The translations under genes were made by a program, and so were the position numbers. Shown in pieces: positions 1 to 10,351 of a DNA stretch of 64,000 nucleotides. The notes below the pieces were generated by a model, which was not told the DNA's origin, searched no databases, and worked only from the letters and a program-made list of their open reading frames with translations. Position 1 is the first letter of the stretch; each line of letters opens with the position of its first letter. The stretch is from Escherichia coli 042 (GTDB lineage: Bacteria; Pseudomonadota; Gammaproteobacteria; Enterobacterales; Enterobacteriaceae), in NCBI RefSeq assembly GCF_000027125.1, contig NC_017626.1; one strand, given 5' to 3'.

Positions 1-2
1 CC

Positions 3-1247
3 GAGCACCAAAAATTCCTGCTTGATGGCTATGCCAATGAAACCTCTCTACTCCAGGAAATGACCGCACGTTATCAGTTGTGGCATCAAAGCTGCCGTGA
101 CCTCGCGCATCATCAACAGTTAAGTCAGGAACGCGCCGCCCGTGCAGAACTGCTGCAATACCAATTAAAAGAACTTAACGAATTTAATCCGCAGCCCGGA
201 GAGTTTGAGCAAATCGACGAAGAGTACAAACGTCTGGCGAACAGCGGTCAATTGCTGACTACCAGCCAGAATGCATTGGCAGTAATGGCCGACGGTGAAG
301 ACGCAAACCTGCAAAGTCAGCTTTACACGGCTAAACAACTGGTGAGCGAATTGATTGGCATGGACAGCAAACTGTCCGGCGTACTTGATATGCTGGAAGA
401 AGCTACCATCCAGATTGCTGAAGCCAGCGATGAACTGCGCCACTACTGCGATCGTCTGGATCTCGATCCCAACCGACTGTTTGAACTTGAACAGCGCATC
501 TCAAAACAGATTTCGCTGGCACGTAAACATCACGTCAGCCCTGAGGCATTGCCACAGTATTACCAGTCGCTACTGGAAGAACAGCAGCAACTGGACGATC
601 AGGCCGACTCACAAGAAACGCTCGCGCTGGCGGTAACGAAACATCATCAGCAGGCACTGGAAACGGCGCGCGCGTTACACCAGCAACGCCAGCACTATGC
701 AGAAGAACTTGCACAGCTGATCACCGACAGTATGCATGCACTCTCTATGCCACATGGGCAGTTTACGATTGATGTTAAATTTGACGAGCATCACCTGGGC
801 GCTGACGGTGCCGATCGTATTGAGTTTCGGGTAACCACCAACCCAGGTCAGCCAATGCAGCCTATTGCCAAAGTCGCATCCGGTGGTGAATTGTCACGCA
901 TCGCATTGGCAATTCAGGTCATCACGGCGCGTAAAATGGAAACCCCGGCACTGATTTTTGATGAAGTGGATGTAGGGATTAGCGGTCCAACAGCGGCAGT
1001 TGTCGGCAAACTGCTGCGTCAACTCGGCGAATCAACTCAAGTGATGTGTGTTACCCACCTGCCACAAGTCGCGGGATGTGGTCATCAACACTATTTTGTC
1101 AGCAAAGAAACCGATGGTGCGATGACAGAAACGCATATGCAATCCCTGGATAAAAAATCGCGGTTACAAGAGCTGGCGCGCCTGCTTGGTGGCAGTGAAG
1201 TCACACGTAACACACTGGCGAATGCGAAAGAACTACTTGCGGCGTAA
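3..1247 (+). CDS. recN: DNA repair protein RecN, C-terminal part (5' end lies upstream of the window)
   Basis: Frame is open from window edge to stop at 1245-1247; translation matches RecN C-terminal region; conserved position upstream of bamE. Confidence 0.9.
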   Translation, partial: EHQKFLLDGYANETSLLQEMTARYQLWHQSCRDLAHHQQLSQERAARAELLQYQLKELNEFNPQPGEFEQIDEEYKRLANSGQLLTTSQNALAVMADGEDANLQSQLYTAKQLVSELIGMDSKLSGVLDMLEEATIQIAEASDELRHYCDRLDLDPNRLFELEQRISKQISLARKHHVSPEALPQYYQSLLEEQQQLDDQADSQETLALAVTKHHQQALETARALHQQRQHYAEELAQLITDSMHALSMPHGQFTIDVKFDEHHLGADGADRIEFRVTTNPGQPMQPIAKVASGGELSRIALAIQVITARKMETPALIFDEVDVGISGPTAAVVGKLLRQLGESTQVMCVTHLPQVAGCGHQHYFVSKETDGAMTETHMQSLDKKSRLQELARLLGGSEVTRNTLANAKELLAA

Positions 1248-1395
1248 ACTTTTTTCCTGCTTCACGGTCAGAGTAAACAGCAAAACGCCGTAAGACCGGA
1301 AAGCAAAAGGTTTTAAAGTGATGAAAGGTCTATTATCATCGGCATATTACAGATGAGCCACGTACTGCTCGGGCCCGAAAAGGAATCAAATCACT

Positions 1396-1737
1396 ATGCG
1401 CTGTAAAACGCTGACTGCTGCAGCAGCAGTACTATTGATGTTGACCGCAGGCTGTTCCACTCTGGAGCGAGTGGTTTACCGTCCTGACATCAACCAGGGG
1501 AACTATCTGACCGCTAACGACGTATCCAAAATACGTGTTGGCATGACGCAACAACAAGTTGCGTACGCATTGGGTACACCGCTGATGTCCGATCCATTTG
1601 GTACGAATACCTGGTTCTATGTCTTCCGCCAGCAACCAGGTCATGAAGGTGTAACGCAGCAAACGCTGACGCTGACCTTTAACAGTAGCGGAGTGTTGAC
1701 CAACATTGATAACAAACCCGCGCTGAGTGGTAACTAA
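1396..1737 (+). CDS. bamE: Outer membrane protein assembly factor BamE (SmpA) lipoprotein
   Basis: 113 aa, lipobox LTAGCS, recognised BamE sequence; synteny recN-bamE-ratB. Confidence 0.93.
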
Positions 1738-1762
1738 TCATAAAGTTGCCCTCAAAGACGTT

Positions 1763-1791
1763 AAAAAAGGTGCTCAATGAGCACCTTTTTT
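1763..1791. terminator. Bidirectional intrinsic terminator between convergent bamE and ratB
   Basis: A-run, GGTGCT/AGCACC stem, then T-run (aaaaaaggtgctcaatgagcacctttttt). Confidence 0.7.
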
Positions 1792-1798
1792 CTGTCTG

Positions 1799-2089
1799 TT
1801 ATTTATTCGCTGATTTTTCTGCTCGTTGCCTGCGCAGCTCTTTCGGATCGGCAATGAGAGGACGATAAATCTCCACCCGATCGCCATCATGCACGGTATC
1901 GCTCAGTTTGGCCGGACGGCTGTAAATGCCGACTTTGTTTTTAGTTAAATCGATATCGGTACGCAATTCCAGCAAGCCACTGGCACGAATAGCTTCTTCA
2001 ACCGTCGCACCCTCCTGCAGCGTCACGCGCTGCAGGTACTGCTTCTCAGGTAGCGCATAAGCCACCTCAACGGCAATTTTACCTGGCAC
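1799..2089 (-). CDS. ratB: RatB / YfjF (RnfH-family, UPF0125)
   Basis: ORF 1799-2173; likely GTG start at 2089 giving about 96 aa ([19 protein letters not shown]...); overlaps ratA stop by 11 nt. Confidence 0.85.
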
Positions 2090-2555
2090 TGTAAACCTCT
2101 TTCGCACGAACCGTAAAAGCCTGGACCATATTAGCCGCCAGCTCTTTAAACACGCGACCAAAGGCGAGTTCAATCAACTTATTGGTAAACTCAAAGTCGA
2201 GATGAAACTCGATACGACACGCCTCCTGGCTCAGCGGCGTAAACTTCCATCCACCGATCAATTTCTTGAACGGCCCATCCACCAGATTCATAAGAATACT
2301 TTGGTTACTGGTCAACTGGTTGCGGGTAGTAAACGTTTTGCTGATCCCAGCCTTAGAGACATCTACCGCCGCAGTCATCTGCCCAGGAGTGGACTCCAGA
2401 ATCCGACTTCCGGTACAACCCGGCAAAAACTGAGGATAAGACTGAACGTCATTCACTAACTGATACATTTGCTCCGCGCTGTAGGGTACCAGTGCGGTCC
2501 GGCTAATCTGAGGCATAACAATTTCCATCAACAAAAATCCAACAAATAATATCAT
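2079..2555 (-). CDS. ratA: Ribosome association toxin RatA (SRPBCC-fold, YfjG)
   Basis: 158 aa ORF recognised as RatA; operon partner of ratB. Confidence 0.88.
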
Positions 2556-2686
2556 TTATCCTGCTGTAAAAAAAACGCTATCCCGGCGCTGGGTAACATC
2601 GGGTTCATGCTAAGATAGAGCCTTGTCCCCCGCAGGATTGATATGGGGTGTTTTCGATTTCAGATTACCGATGATTCACGACGCTT

Positions 2687-3169
2687 ATGACGAAGAAAAA
2701 AGCACATAAACCTGGTTCAGCGACCATCGCGCTTAACAAGCGCGCCCGTCACGAATACTTTATCGAAGAAGAGTTCGAAGCGGGACTTGCCCTGCAAGGC
2801 TGGGAGGTTAAATCCCTGCGCGCAGGAAAAGCCAATATCAGCGACAGCTACGTCCTTCTGCGTGACGGAGAGGCATTTCTGTTTGGCGCTAACATCACGC
2901 CAATGGCCGTGGCCTCCACGCATGTGGTGTGCGATCCTACCCGTACCCGCAAGTTACTTCTCAACCAGCGCGAACTGGACTCATTGTACGGTCGCGTCAA
3001 TCGAGAAGGCTATACCGTAGTGGCGCTCTCCCTGTACTGGAAAAATGCCTGGTGCAAAGTGAAAATCGGCGTCGCCAAAGGTAAAAAACAGCACGATAAA
3101 CGTTCAGATATCAAAGAACGCGAATGGCAGGTGGATAAAGCACGTATCATGAAAAACGCCCACCGTTAA
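2687..3169 (+). CDS. smpB: SsrA-binding protein SmpB
   Basis: 160 aa, [28 protein letters not shown]... is the SmpB N-terminus; immediately upstream of tmRNA. Confidence 0.95.
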
Positions 3170-3383
3170 ACCTGCACTCCAATTATTGACCAATTCCTCA
3201 CCGCGCCTCCCTCTCCGGCGGCGCGAATGAACATCTTATTGGCTATCACATCCGACGAAAATGTTGCCATCCCATTGCTTAATCGAATAAAAATCAGGCT
3301 ACATGGTCGCTAAATCTTTAACGATAACGCCATTGAGGCTGGTCATGGCGCTCATAAATCTGGTATACTTACCGTTACACATT

Positions 3384-3746
3384 GGGGCTGATTCTGGATT
3401 CGACGGGATTTGCGAAACCCAAGGTGCATGCCGAGGGGCGGTTGGCCTCGTAAAAAGCCGCAAAAAATAGTCGCAAACGACGAAAACTACGCTTTAGCAG
3501 CTTAATAACCTGCTTAGAGCCCTCTCTCCCTAGCCTCCGCTCTTAGGACGGGGATCAAGAGAGGTCAAACCCAAAAGAGATCGCGTGGAAGCCCTGCCTG
3601 GGGTTGAAGCGTTAAAACTTAATCAGGCTAGTTTGTTAGTGGCGTGTCCGTCCGCAGCTGGCAAGCGAATGTAAAGACTGACTAAGCATGTAGTACCGAG
3701 GACGTAGGAATTTCGGACGCGGGTTCAACTCCCGCCAGCTCCACCA
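3384..3746 (+). ncRNA. ssrA: tmRNA (SsrA), 363 nt
   Basis: Starts GGGGCTGATTCTGGATTCGACGGG, contains tag reading frame gcaaacgacgaaaactacgctttagcagcttaa (ANDENYALAA*), ends GGGTTCAACTCCCGCCAGCTCCACCA. Confidence 0.97.
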
Positions 3747-3781
3747 CTTTTTAGTAAAACAAAGTCTACTAAAGACTATCA

Positions 3782-3813
3782 AGGCCGCACCTCACAAGGG
3801 TTGCGGCCTTTTT
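3782..3813 (+). terminator. Stem-loop plus T-run downstream of ssrA
   Basis: AGGCCGCA ... TGCGGCCT inverted repeat followed by TTTTC, 36 nt after tmRNA 3' end. Confidence 0.55.
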
Positions 3814-3912
3814 CATGTCTAGCAGAGTCTACTGAGAATTGCTAGAAGCTACGCATTATGGGACCCTTATATGGACCCACCGACTGGGTCCAATAATTTG
3901 AGGGTCCAATAC

Positions 3913-5142
3913 ATGGCAAGGCAGACTAAAAAACTCACAGACACTGAAATCAAAAACACCAAACCAGCAGACAAAGAGATCAATCTCTTCGATGGTGATG
4001 GGCTACTGCTACGAATCGCTCCTTCATCAAAAGGAGGGAAGAAGAACTGGTATCTCAGATATCCAGTGCCAGTAACCAAGAAGCGCACCAAGATGAGCTT
4101 GGGTACCTACCCTCACCTCTCATTAGCAAAGGCAAGAGCTTTGCGTGATGAATACCTGTCGTTACTTGCTAATGGTGTTGACCCTCAAGTCCACATCACT
4201 GAAAAAACTAATGCTCTGAAAGATGCCACGGAGCACACGCTACAAGCAGTTTCTCGAAAGTGGTTAGATGAGAAAATTAAGACTTCTGGCATCTCTCTAG
4301 ACCATGCAGAAGATATCTGGCGCAGCCTCGAAAAAAACATCTTTTCAACTCTGGGTGATGTTCCTATCAAAGAGATCCGCCCCAAAATGCTCAAGCAGCA
4401 TCTTGACCCAATTGAGCAGCGCGGTGTTCTCGAAACTCTACGTCGTATAATTTCCAGACTGAATGAAATCTTTCGCTATGCTGCCACGGAAGAGCTTATA
4501 GAGTTCAATCCTGCCGACAATCTCGCTCAGCGTTTCAGTAAACCTAAGAAGCAAAACATGCCTGCCCTTCCACCTGATGAGCTACCACGCTTCATGGTTG
4601 CTTTATCTAACGCATCTATACGGTTAGAAACCCGTATGCTGATCGAGTGGCAATTGTTGACGTGGGTAAGGCCCGGTGAAGCCGTTCGGGCAAGATGGTG
4701 TGATATTGATGAAGAGAGCAGATTTTGGAATATCCCTTCAGAATTCATGAAAATGAAACGCCCACATAAGGTTCCATTGAGTAAAGAAGCTCTCCGCATT
4801 TTAGAAAACATGCGCCCTATCAGTGGTCATAGAGAATGGGTTTTCCCCAGCATCAAAGCTCCCCTCAGTCATATGCATGAACAAACAGCTAATGCAGCCA
4901 TAATTCGTATGGGGTTTGGCGGAGAGCTTGTTGCTCATGGTATGAGATCTATTGCAAGGACAGCAGCCGAAGAATACGGTAAGTTTAGAACGGAGGTGCT
5001 TGAATCCGCTCTGGCTCATACTAAAAAAGATGAAATAATAGCCGCGTATAACCGTTCGGAATACCTAGTTGAAAGAGAAGAACTAATGAAATGGTGGGGG
5101 GATTATGTCAGCAGCAAAAAATATAAGATGATGGCAGCATAA
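3913..5142 (+). CDS. Tyrosine recombinase / integrase, P4 family
   Basis: MARQTKKLTDTEIKNTKPADKEINLFDGDGL... with C-terminal R..HGMRS..A....Y catalytic-region pattern; similar to but diverged from K-12 IntA; ATG at 3913 preferred over ORF-track start 3871. Confidence 0.88.
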   Translation: MARQTKKLTDTEIKNTKPADKEINLFDGDGLLLRIAPSSKGGKKNWYLRYPVPVTKKRTKMSLGTYPHLSLAKARALRDEYLSLLANGVDPQVHITEKTNALKDATEHTLQAVSRKWLDEKIKTSGISLDHAEDIWRSLEKNIFSTLGDVPIKEIRPKMLKQHLDPIEQRGVLETLRRIISRLNEIFRYAATEELIEFNPADNLAQRFSKPKKQNMPALPPDELPRFMVALSNASIRLETRMLIEWQLLTWVRPGEAVRARWCDIDEESRFWNIPSEFMKMKRPHKVPLSKEALRILENMRPISGHREWVFPSIKAPLSHMHEQTANAAIIRMGFGGELVAHGMRSIARTAAEEYGKFRTEVLESALAHTKKDEIIAAYNRSEYLVEREELMKWWGDYVSSKKYKMMAA

Positions 5143-5163
5143 ATAAATTTTAATCATATAATT

Positions 5164-6501
5164 ATGACACAGCATAAGGTGAAAGTAATGAGAATATCAA
5201 AAACATTAGAATCATTATTTACATTTCTAAAGGAAAAAGAGCAGAAAGGTCAACTATTCAATAAAGAGGCTATACTCACAGCCACCGGTTGGAAAGCGGC
5301 TACATTTAGAACTTATTGGGTTAAAGGGCAGTTATCTGACTTTATTAGCGCAATTGATGAAGATACATTTGAGGCATCAAACTGTCAAAACATCTCAGTT
5401 ATAGAGTTTTCGAAACTATTATCTCAAAGTAAGCATAGAAGAGGGTTAGGTCATAATTGCCAGTCGAAACTAGCAAAAGCATTATTAACAAAATCTAGAG
5501 ATAATATGATGCTTGCTCTTGAATTATATAATAGACCTTCAATTGAGAATAGAATGGATGCATTTGTAATGTGTTTTTGCACTTCATGGGAACAATTATT
5601 AAAAGCTATTTTGATTGAAAAAAATGGTGAAGAGTCAATTTTCAAAAAAGAAAACAAGCGAGGATTCAGAGAAACTATTTCACTAAGAGACTGCTTAGAA
5701 AAAACATTCCCATCGAATTCAAAGGTAAGAAATAATATAGAACAAATAACAGTTTTCAGAGATCAGGCTGTACACCTTTTAATGCCAGAAATACAAGGGA
5801 TAGCCTCAAGGATATTTCAGTCTGGCGTTCTTAATTATTCATCATATTTTGAAAAATTCACAGAGGTTTCTTTTCTCAATAACAATAGCACAGGAATGAT
5901 ATCCTTGGTAGGTGAGTTTAGAACACCGCCAATATCCGTACTGAAATCCATTTATGGAGAAGTAGCGACTGATATATTAGACTTAGCAACAACTCTTCAG
6001 CAAGAAGTTGATGATAAAAATGACATAGAGTATGCAATTCCCTTAAATGTAAAACTTGTTTTTGCGACATCAGATGATGATGGGAATACCATAACCTTAG
6101 CTAAAGCTGATGAGGGAATCGAGGGGCTTAAGAAGGCTCTAATTATAGAAAAACCAGTAGATAGATCAAGAACACATCCGTATTTGCAGAAGGATGCCAT
6201 TGAGCATATAAATGAAAAAATCTACGAACTTTATAGTATAGAAAAGATAGAAAAGCATTTAGTATTCAAAGATAACAAAACAGGAAAGAAAGCGATAAAT
6301 AAAAATTGCTTTGATGCTGTTATTTGTAAGAACGGATGGAAAAAATCAAATAATAAATATCATCACAAAAACAATAATCCAGAATACCACTATTATTCAC
6401 CAGCATTAGTAGATGAATTTGTCAAGAAAGCTATGACAAACGAAGATTATCTAATGAATACAAAAAAATGGTATAATGCCAGAAGAAGTAAGAAAAAGTG
6501 A
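5164..6501 (+). CDS. Hypothetical protein, about 437-445 aa, low GC, Lys-rich C-terminus
   Basis: Long ORF; alternative ATG at 5188 has an AAGGTG Shine-Dalgarno; no family assignable by eye. Confidence 0.6.
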   Translation: MTQHKVKVMRISKTLESLFTFLKEKEQKGQLFNKEAILTATGWKAATFRTYWVKGQLSDFISAIDEDTFEASNCQNISVIEFSKLLSQSKHRRGLGHNCQSKLAKALLTKSRDNMMLALELYNRPSIENRMDAFVMCFCTSWEQLLKAILIEKNGEESIFKKENKRGFRETISLRDCLEKTFPSNSKVRNNIEQITVFRDQAVHLLMPEIQGIASRIFQSGVLNYSSYFEKFTEVSFLNNNSTGMISLVGEFRTPPISVLKSIYGEVATDILDLATTLQQEVDDKNDIEYAIPLNVKLVFATSDDDGNTITLAKADEGIEGLKKALIIEKPVDRSRTHPYLQKDAIEHINEKIYELYSIEKIEKHLVFKDNKTGKKAINKNCFDAVICKNGWKKSNNKYHHKNNNPEYHYYSPALVDEFVKKAMTNEDYLMNTKKWYNARRSKKK

Positions 6502-6835
6502 TGAATAGTGAAACTATGAACAGTACATATCATTTATAAGTGTGCTGTTCATAGTAATTCACAGAACATACTGATTAATTTTATTTTTTCCTAAAACCGG
6601 AAGAAAATAAACCAGTGAAATATTCTTTACATTTAAAATTCGGAGGCCACGGAAATATAAAATCTAATATTAATTACTAATTATATTTATAAAAGGTCTG
6701 CCTCTGACCATTTGAAATGAAAAACAAATCCCAATAATATAGAAAAAAATATCTGATATAATAATTTTGTAGATAAAATAGGCCTATATAAAAACATATC
6801 TTTAATTCCCCCCTTAAAAAGAGGGGCAAATACTG

Positions 6836-7801
6836 TCATTCCTCAAATCTATATAACGCGCCATCAAGATATTCTTCAACAGTATCTATACCGATCCATC
6901 TTCGGTTCAAACTCTCAGCTACAGCACCGGCAGTCATCGACCCACCAAATGGATCAAGAACTAAATCCCCTTCATCTGTAAGCATTTTAATGAAGAATTC
7001 AGGAAGCTGCATAGGGAAACGCGCAGGATGAATTTTGATACCATTAGCTTTACATTTTTTTGTATAAACGTCATTAGCTGCATTATTACCCATTTTCAAT
7101 ACATCAGACGGTGTTTCATCATCAATAAAATTAGGTGGGATAGACCCTCCATTATGGGTTTTATCAAAAGATTCATTAATATTATGTCCTGATGGTCGAA
7201 CAGTAGTTTTAACACCTTTTGCTGCAAGCCGAAGCATGTCCTTGCTATAAGGACGAAGCACTTTTTTATTACTTGCTTTTGGGTGTGGCCCTTTACTAAA
7301 CCAGAAAACATACTCTACAGAATCCTTCACTCGGACTCGTTTGACTGTAACCCATTGAGCAGGTACAGGCATCTTTGCAGGGTTGTACCAGAAAGTCTCT
7401 TGCGCTAGTCTGAATCCTACTTCCTCAACTAAAGCAATAACTAACTTAAAATGATAGATAGATCTAGTTGGCTCACCGGGATTCCAAGAGCCCCCGATGT
7501 TCAAAACGAAACTGCCATCTTCTGTCAGTATCCTTTTGATTTCTTTCGCAAAATCAACAAACCACTCAACGTAGTCCTTCTGACAGACATTACCATATTC
7601 TTTCTTAAAATGAAGTGCATATGGTGGAGATGTGAAGACTAAGTTAACCGAGTTATCAGGTATTGACTTCATCACGTCTAACGAATCGGCGTGGAAGATC
7701 GAACCCAAGTTAGATTCGTAAAACGGTTCAAACCCGTTGACTAACTTTGTAGTTGAATTTTTCTCTTTTGATGAAAAGTCAAGCGTTTTTTGAATAGTCA
7801 C
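6836..7801 (-). CDS. DNA methyltransferase, beta-class amino-methyltransferase (N4-cytosine or N6-adenine)
   Basis: Motif IV TSPPY near the N-terminus and motif [11 protein letters not shown] near the C-terminus (order IV then I); no ATG upstream of the conserved N-terminal region, so start is GTG at 7801 or GTG at 7882. Confidence 0.8.
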   Translation of the reverse strand: MTIQKTLDFSSKEKNSTTKLVNGFEPFYESNLGSIFHADSLDVMKSIPDNSVNLVFTSPPYALHFKKEYGNVCQKDYVEWFVDFAKEIKRILTEDGSFVLNIGGSWNPGEPTRSIYHFKLVIALVEEVGFRLAQETFWYNPAKMPVPAQWVTVKRVRVKDSVEYVFWFSKGPHPKASNKKVLRPYSKDMLRLAAKGVKTTVRPSGHNINESFDKTHNGGSIPPNFIDDETPSDVLKMGNNAANDVYTKKCKANGIKIHPARFPMQLPEFFIKMLTDEGDLVLDPFGGSMTAGAVAESLNRRWIGIDTVEEYLDGALYRFEE

Positions 7802-7869
7802 AACAATAAATCTCGAAATGGGCAATCGGATTGCATTGTTGCGTACATAACACAAGGGATCAAGTACAG

Positions 7870-8559
7870 ATGAACCAACCACAGGACTTTACAGCTCTTC
7901 TTAACAGCTTAACTCCTCAAGAGCAGCAAATGCTTTTCACGCAACTTCGCGGAAGAATTCCCATCCATCCTCTTGAACAGCAATGGAATATTACAGCAGA
8001 ATTCATTTTAGAAGCCATTGCGCGAAGCCAAGATATCACGAAACGAGGCGTAAGAGGAATCATTGCAGAGCTATGTTTCGATACATATATCATAGGTGCA
8101 ATGAAACATAAGGGCTGGATACAACATCAACTTTTTGGAGATTTACCCTATGATGCACTGATTTCTCATCCTCATGTCGGGGAAATAAAAATACAAACTA
8201 AAAACCAACGACTTGAACGTGGAGTCCCAAAATACGCAAATGGACCAATGATAAAATTCAATCCATATGTCGAAGGTTGGTATGTTTGCGAAACACAGAA
8301 AACGAGGACAGGAAAAAATGCGGAAGGGTTAGATACGAGGCCATATAGATTTGGTGAGTTTGATATACTATCAGTTTGCCTCCATCCGTCATCGGGTGAT
8401 TGGACACGATTCATGTTTTGCCCTGCATATACACTAATGCCAAGAGCGACAAATCCTGAACTAATTGCTGTTTTACAACCAGTACCACCTACACGACAAG
8501 GAAATTGGACTGATAATCTTGAGGAAGCGATTGAATGGCATTTGAACCGTAATCGTTAA
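7870..8559 (+). CDS. Putative restriction endonuclease partner of the methyltransferase (PD-ExK-like motif)
   Basis: Divergent from the methyltransferase with a short shared control region; ATG at 7870 has an AAGGG ribosome-binding site; motif [18 protein letters not shown] fits D...ExK. Confidence 0.45.
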   Translation: MNQPQDFTALLNSLTPQEQQMLFTQLRGRIPIHPLEQQWNITAEFILEAIARSQDITKRGVRGIIAELCFDTYIIGAMKHKGWIQHQLFGDLPYDALISHPHVGEIKIQTKNQRLERGVPKYANGPMIKFNPYVEGWYVCETQKTRTGKNAEGLDTRPYRFGEFDILSVCLHPSSGDWTRFMFCPAYTLMPRATNPELIAVLQPVPPTRQGNWTDNLEEAIEWHLNRNR

Positions 8560-8597
8560 AAACGGGGAATATAGCCAACTATATCTATAATATTAAA

Positions 8598-8725
8598 AGG
8601 GCCTTACGGCCCTTTCGTTTTCCCTTAAAGGGAACTCTCCCTTGGAGAGAATACATATCCCCACACTTGGGGCAAATCAATCAGCCCATTGGGCTGTACA
8701 CCACTCCCCATACATGGGGCAATCA
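8598..8725. repeat. Array of six consecutive GC-rich mini-hairpins (5-6 bp stems, 3-4 nt loops)
   Basis: GGGCC-TTAC-GGCCC, CCC-TTAAA-GGG, CTCTCC-CTT-GGAGAG, CCCCA-CACT-TGGGG, CAGCCC-ATT-GGGCTG, CCCCA-TACA-TGGGG; two units share the context TGGGGCAA(A)TCA. Confidence 0.6.
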
Positions 8726-9204
8726 GACACTTCCTGAAGTGAATATCCTCAAGGAACCATTATTAAATATAATATTAAATGTAGATTGTCAAATATATTT
8801 GAATATTTATTAAAAATATATTCACAACGACCAATCACAAATAAATTTAATCCCCCATAAATAATTAGAGGATCAAACCAAGTTCCTGATGCCTTATCTC
8901 TTTTATATCTCATGGTATATGTCTGAATGTCAAAACATGGTATATAACAACCAGAGAGCATTTTTATAGGCTGCTATTATCTGACACTCCTTTCCCCGTT
9001 GCTGTTTCCTATAAAAGAGCCAGAGATAGATAATAGCATTTTTATTTCTATCTTATTCACTCTGGATCGCTCGGCTCACAGCTTATTGGGGCGCTCGGAA
9101 CATCAACATAGGATAAAATACCTACCATTTAAATAAATCATAAGATTATACATGTCAAGATAAAGCATGAAATTATATATAGGTTTATCACGGCTATAGA
9201 TACT

Positions 9205-9516
9205 TCACTCCTGCCTCCCAATCATATCCCCAAGAAACCTTTTTCCTCGTAATTTTAATCTTGCTTTATCTTCAATGCTAATATTCGATAATTGTAATAT
9301 CAGTCCTAATATTAACTCCTTATCTACCTCTTCTACTTTACAGCCCATAGCTTTAGCTACCTCAGCACCAAGGATGATCTTCAAGCGTGTCTCTGCGCTC
9401 TTGGATAGAGATTTTTCTTTACTCTTAAGGCGATTCAGACGCATTTGAGCTGATGCTATTTTTTGCTTAATGGTTTTTTCTGATCTCGGCTTTCTACCTT
9501 TATCATCCGTATTCAT
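9205..9516 (-). CDS. mobC: MobC-like mobilisation accessory protein
   Basis: 103 aa basic protein; RL..L....E.R.K.ILGA.VAK pattern resembles RSF1010 MobC; divergent from the relaxase across the oriT-like region. Confidence 0.6.
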   Translation of the reverse strand: MNTDDKGRKPRSEKTIKQKIASAQMRLNRLKSKEKSLSKSAETRLKIILGAEVAKAMGCKVEEVDKELILGLILQLSNISIEDKARLKLRGKRFLGDMIGRQE

Positions 9517-9632
9517 AATTACTTTTCCTTCTAGTTGTCAAAAACATGGAATACAATTAAAAAAGGAAAAGGTCAAACCATAGGCAGAAGGTTGAATACT
9601 TTTTATTCCAGATTAAATAACGCAGCGCGAGA

Positions 9633-9696
9633 TGATTGTTCAAAACAATCACATTGCTGGAACAGGGTTCATCCCTGTTAATGATAGGATTCATCT
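9633..9696. promoter_or_regulatory. Copy A of a roughly 64-bp repeat: palindrome TGATTGTT-CAA-AACAATCA plus hairpin ACAGGG-TTCAT-CCCTGT
   Basis: Near-identical copy at 24961-25023; palindrome alone again at 25101-25121; lies upstream of the mobC-like gene. Confidence 0.55.
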
Positions 9697-10149
9697 CAAA
9701 AAATGATGTTTTGGTTTTAAAAATATGATATTAGTAAGCTCAAAATAAAAACATGCAACACATACGAATGCAGTCACTAACATTAATTACCTGATACTCT
9801 CCGCGTTACTTATTTTATTGAATCAATGAAAACAATTTTACCTCTTGCTTTTTGACTCTGATTTCTGGTCTTAACCTGTGAATTGTGCAACACATAAAAG
9901 TATTTATAATTTTCACTATTTATTTTAAATTCTGCTTTCCCGCCTTACGGCGAGAGACTAATTTAACTACTTTTGCCCTTACGGGCGTTTTCTAAACACC
10001 AGAATCCAATATTATTATCCTACCTCAACCGTTTATCCGATTCCTACCTTTTTAATTTCACAGTCTGTAAAACTAGAGCTATTATTTAACTATAGAAAAA
10101 CATAAAACATTGTCGTTATTTTTAGCTCCTTTAGGAGATATAAAAATAA

Positions 10150-10260
10150 AGCAATGCCCACCTATACACTGCTACGCAGTGTGTGGGGTCTACCGACGGT
10201 TGCCTGCCGCAGGCTAACACCGTTTCCTTCGGAAACAAGGTCAACGTCAACACCAGAGTT
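10150..10260. other. Candidate origin of transfer (oriT), MOBQ/RSF1010-like
   Basis: Between divergent mobC-like and mobA-like genes; inverted repeats ACACTG-CTACG-CAGTGT (10157-10188) and GTTTCC-TTC-GGAAAC (10222-10236), the latter resembling the RSF1010 oriT inverted repeat. Confidence 0.5.
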
Positions 10261-10351
10261 TTTCTTACGAAAAACTAAAACCAGCTGAGTCGTATTGGAG
10301 ATTTATATTTTGGTTTGATATTTAAATTTATTTTGAGGTTGTTTTTATTAT

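Noticed and set aside
165-443. 92-aa ORF on the minus strand inside recN (and similar antisense ORFs 355-636, 1432-1662, 2202-2459, 2717-2923)
   Set aside because: Fully embedded in or antisense to well-supported conserved genes; no independent support.
3871-3912. ORF-track N-terminal extension of the integrase (MDPPTGSNNLRVQY)
   Set aside because: P4-family integrases begin MAR.TK.LTDTEIK; the ATG at 3913 fits that pattern, and the extension covers the GGGTCC repeat region.
8749-8961. 70-aa minus-strand ORF in AT-rich spacer
   Set aside because: Very low-complexity AT-rich translation with no ribosome-binding site evident; probably chance ORF, though a small island gene cannot be excluded.
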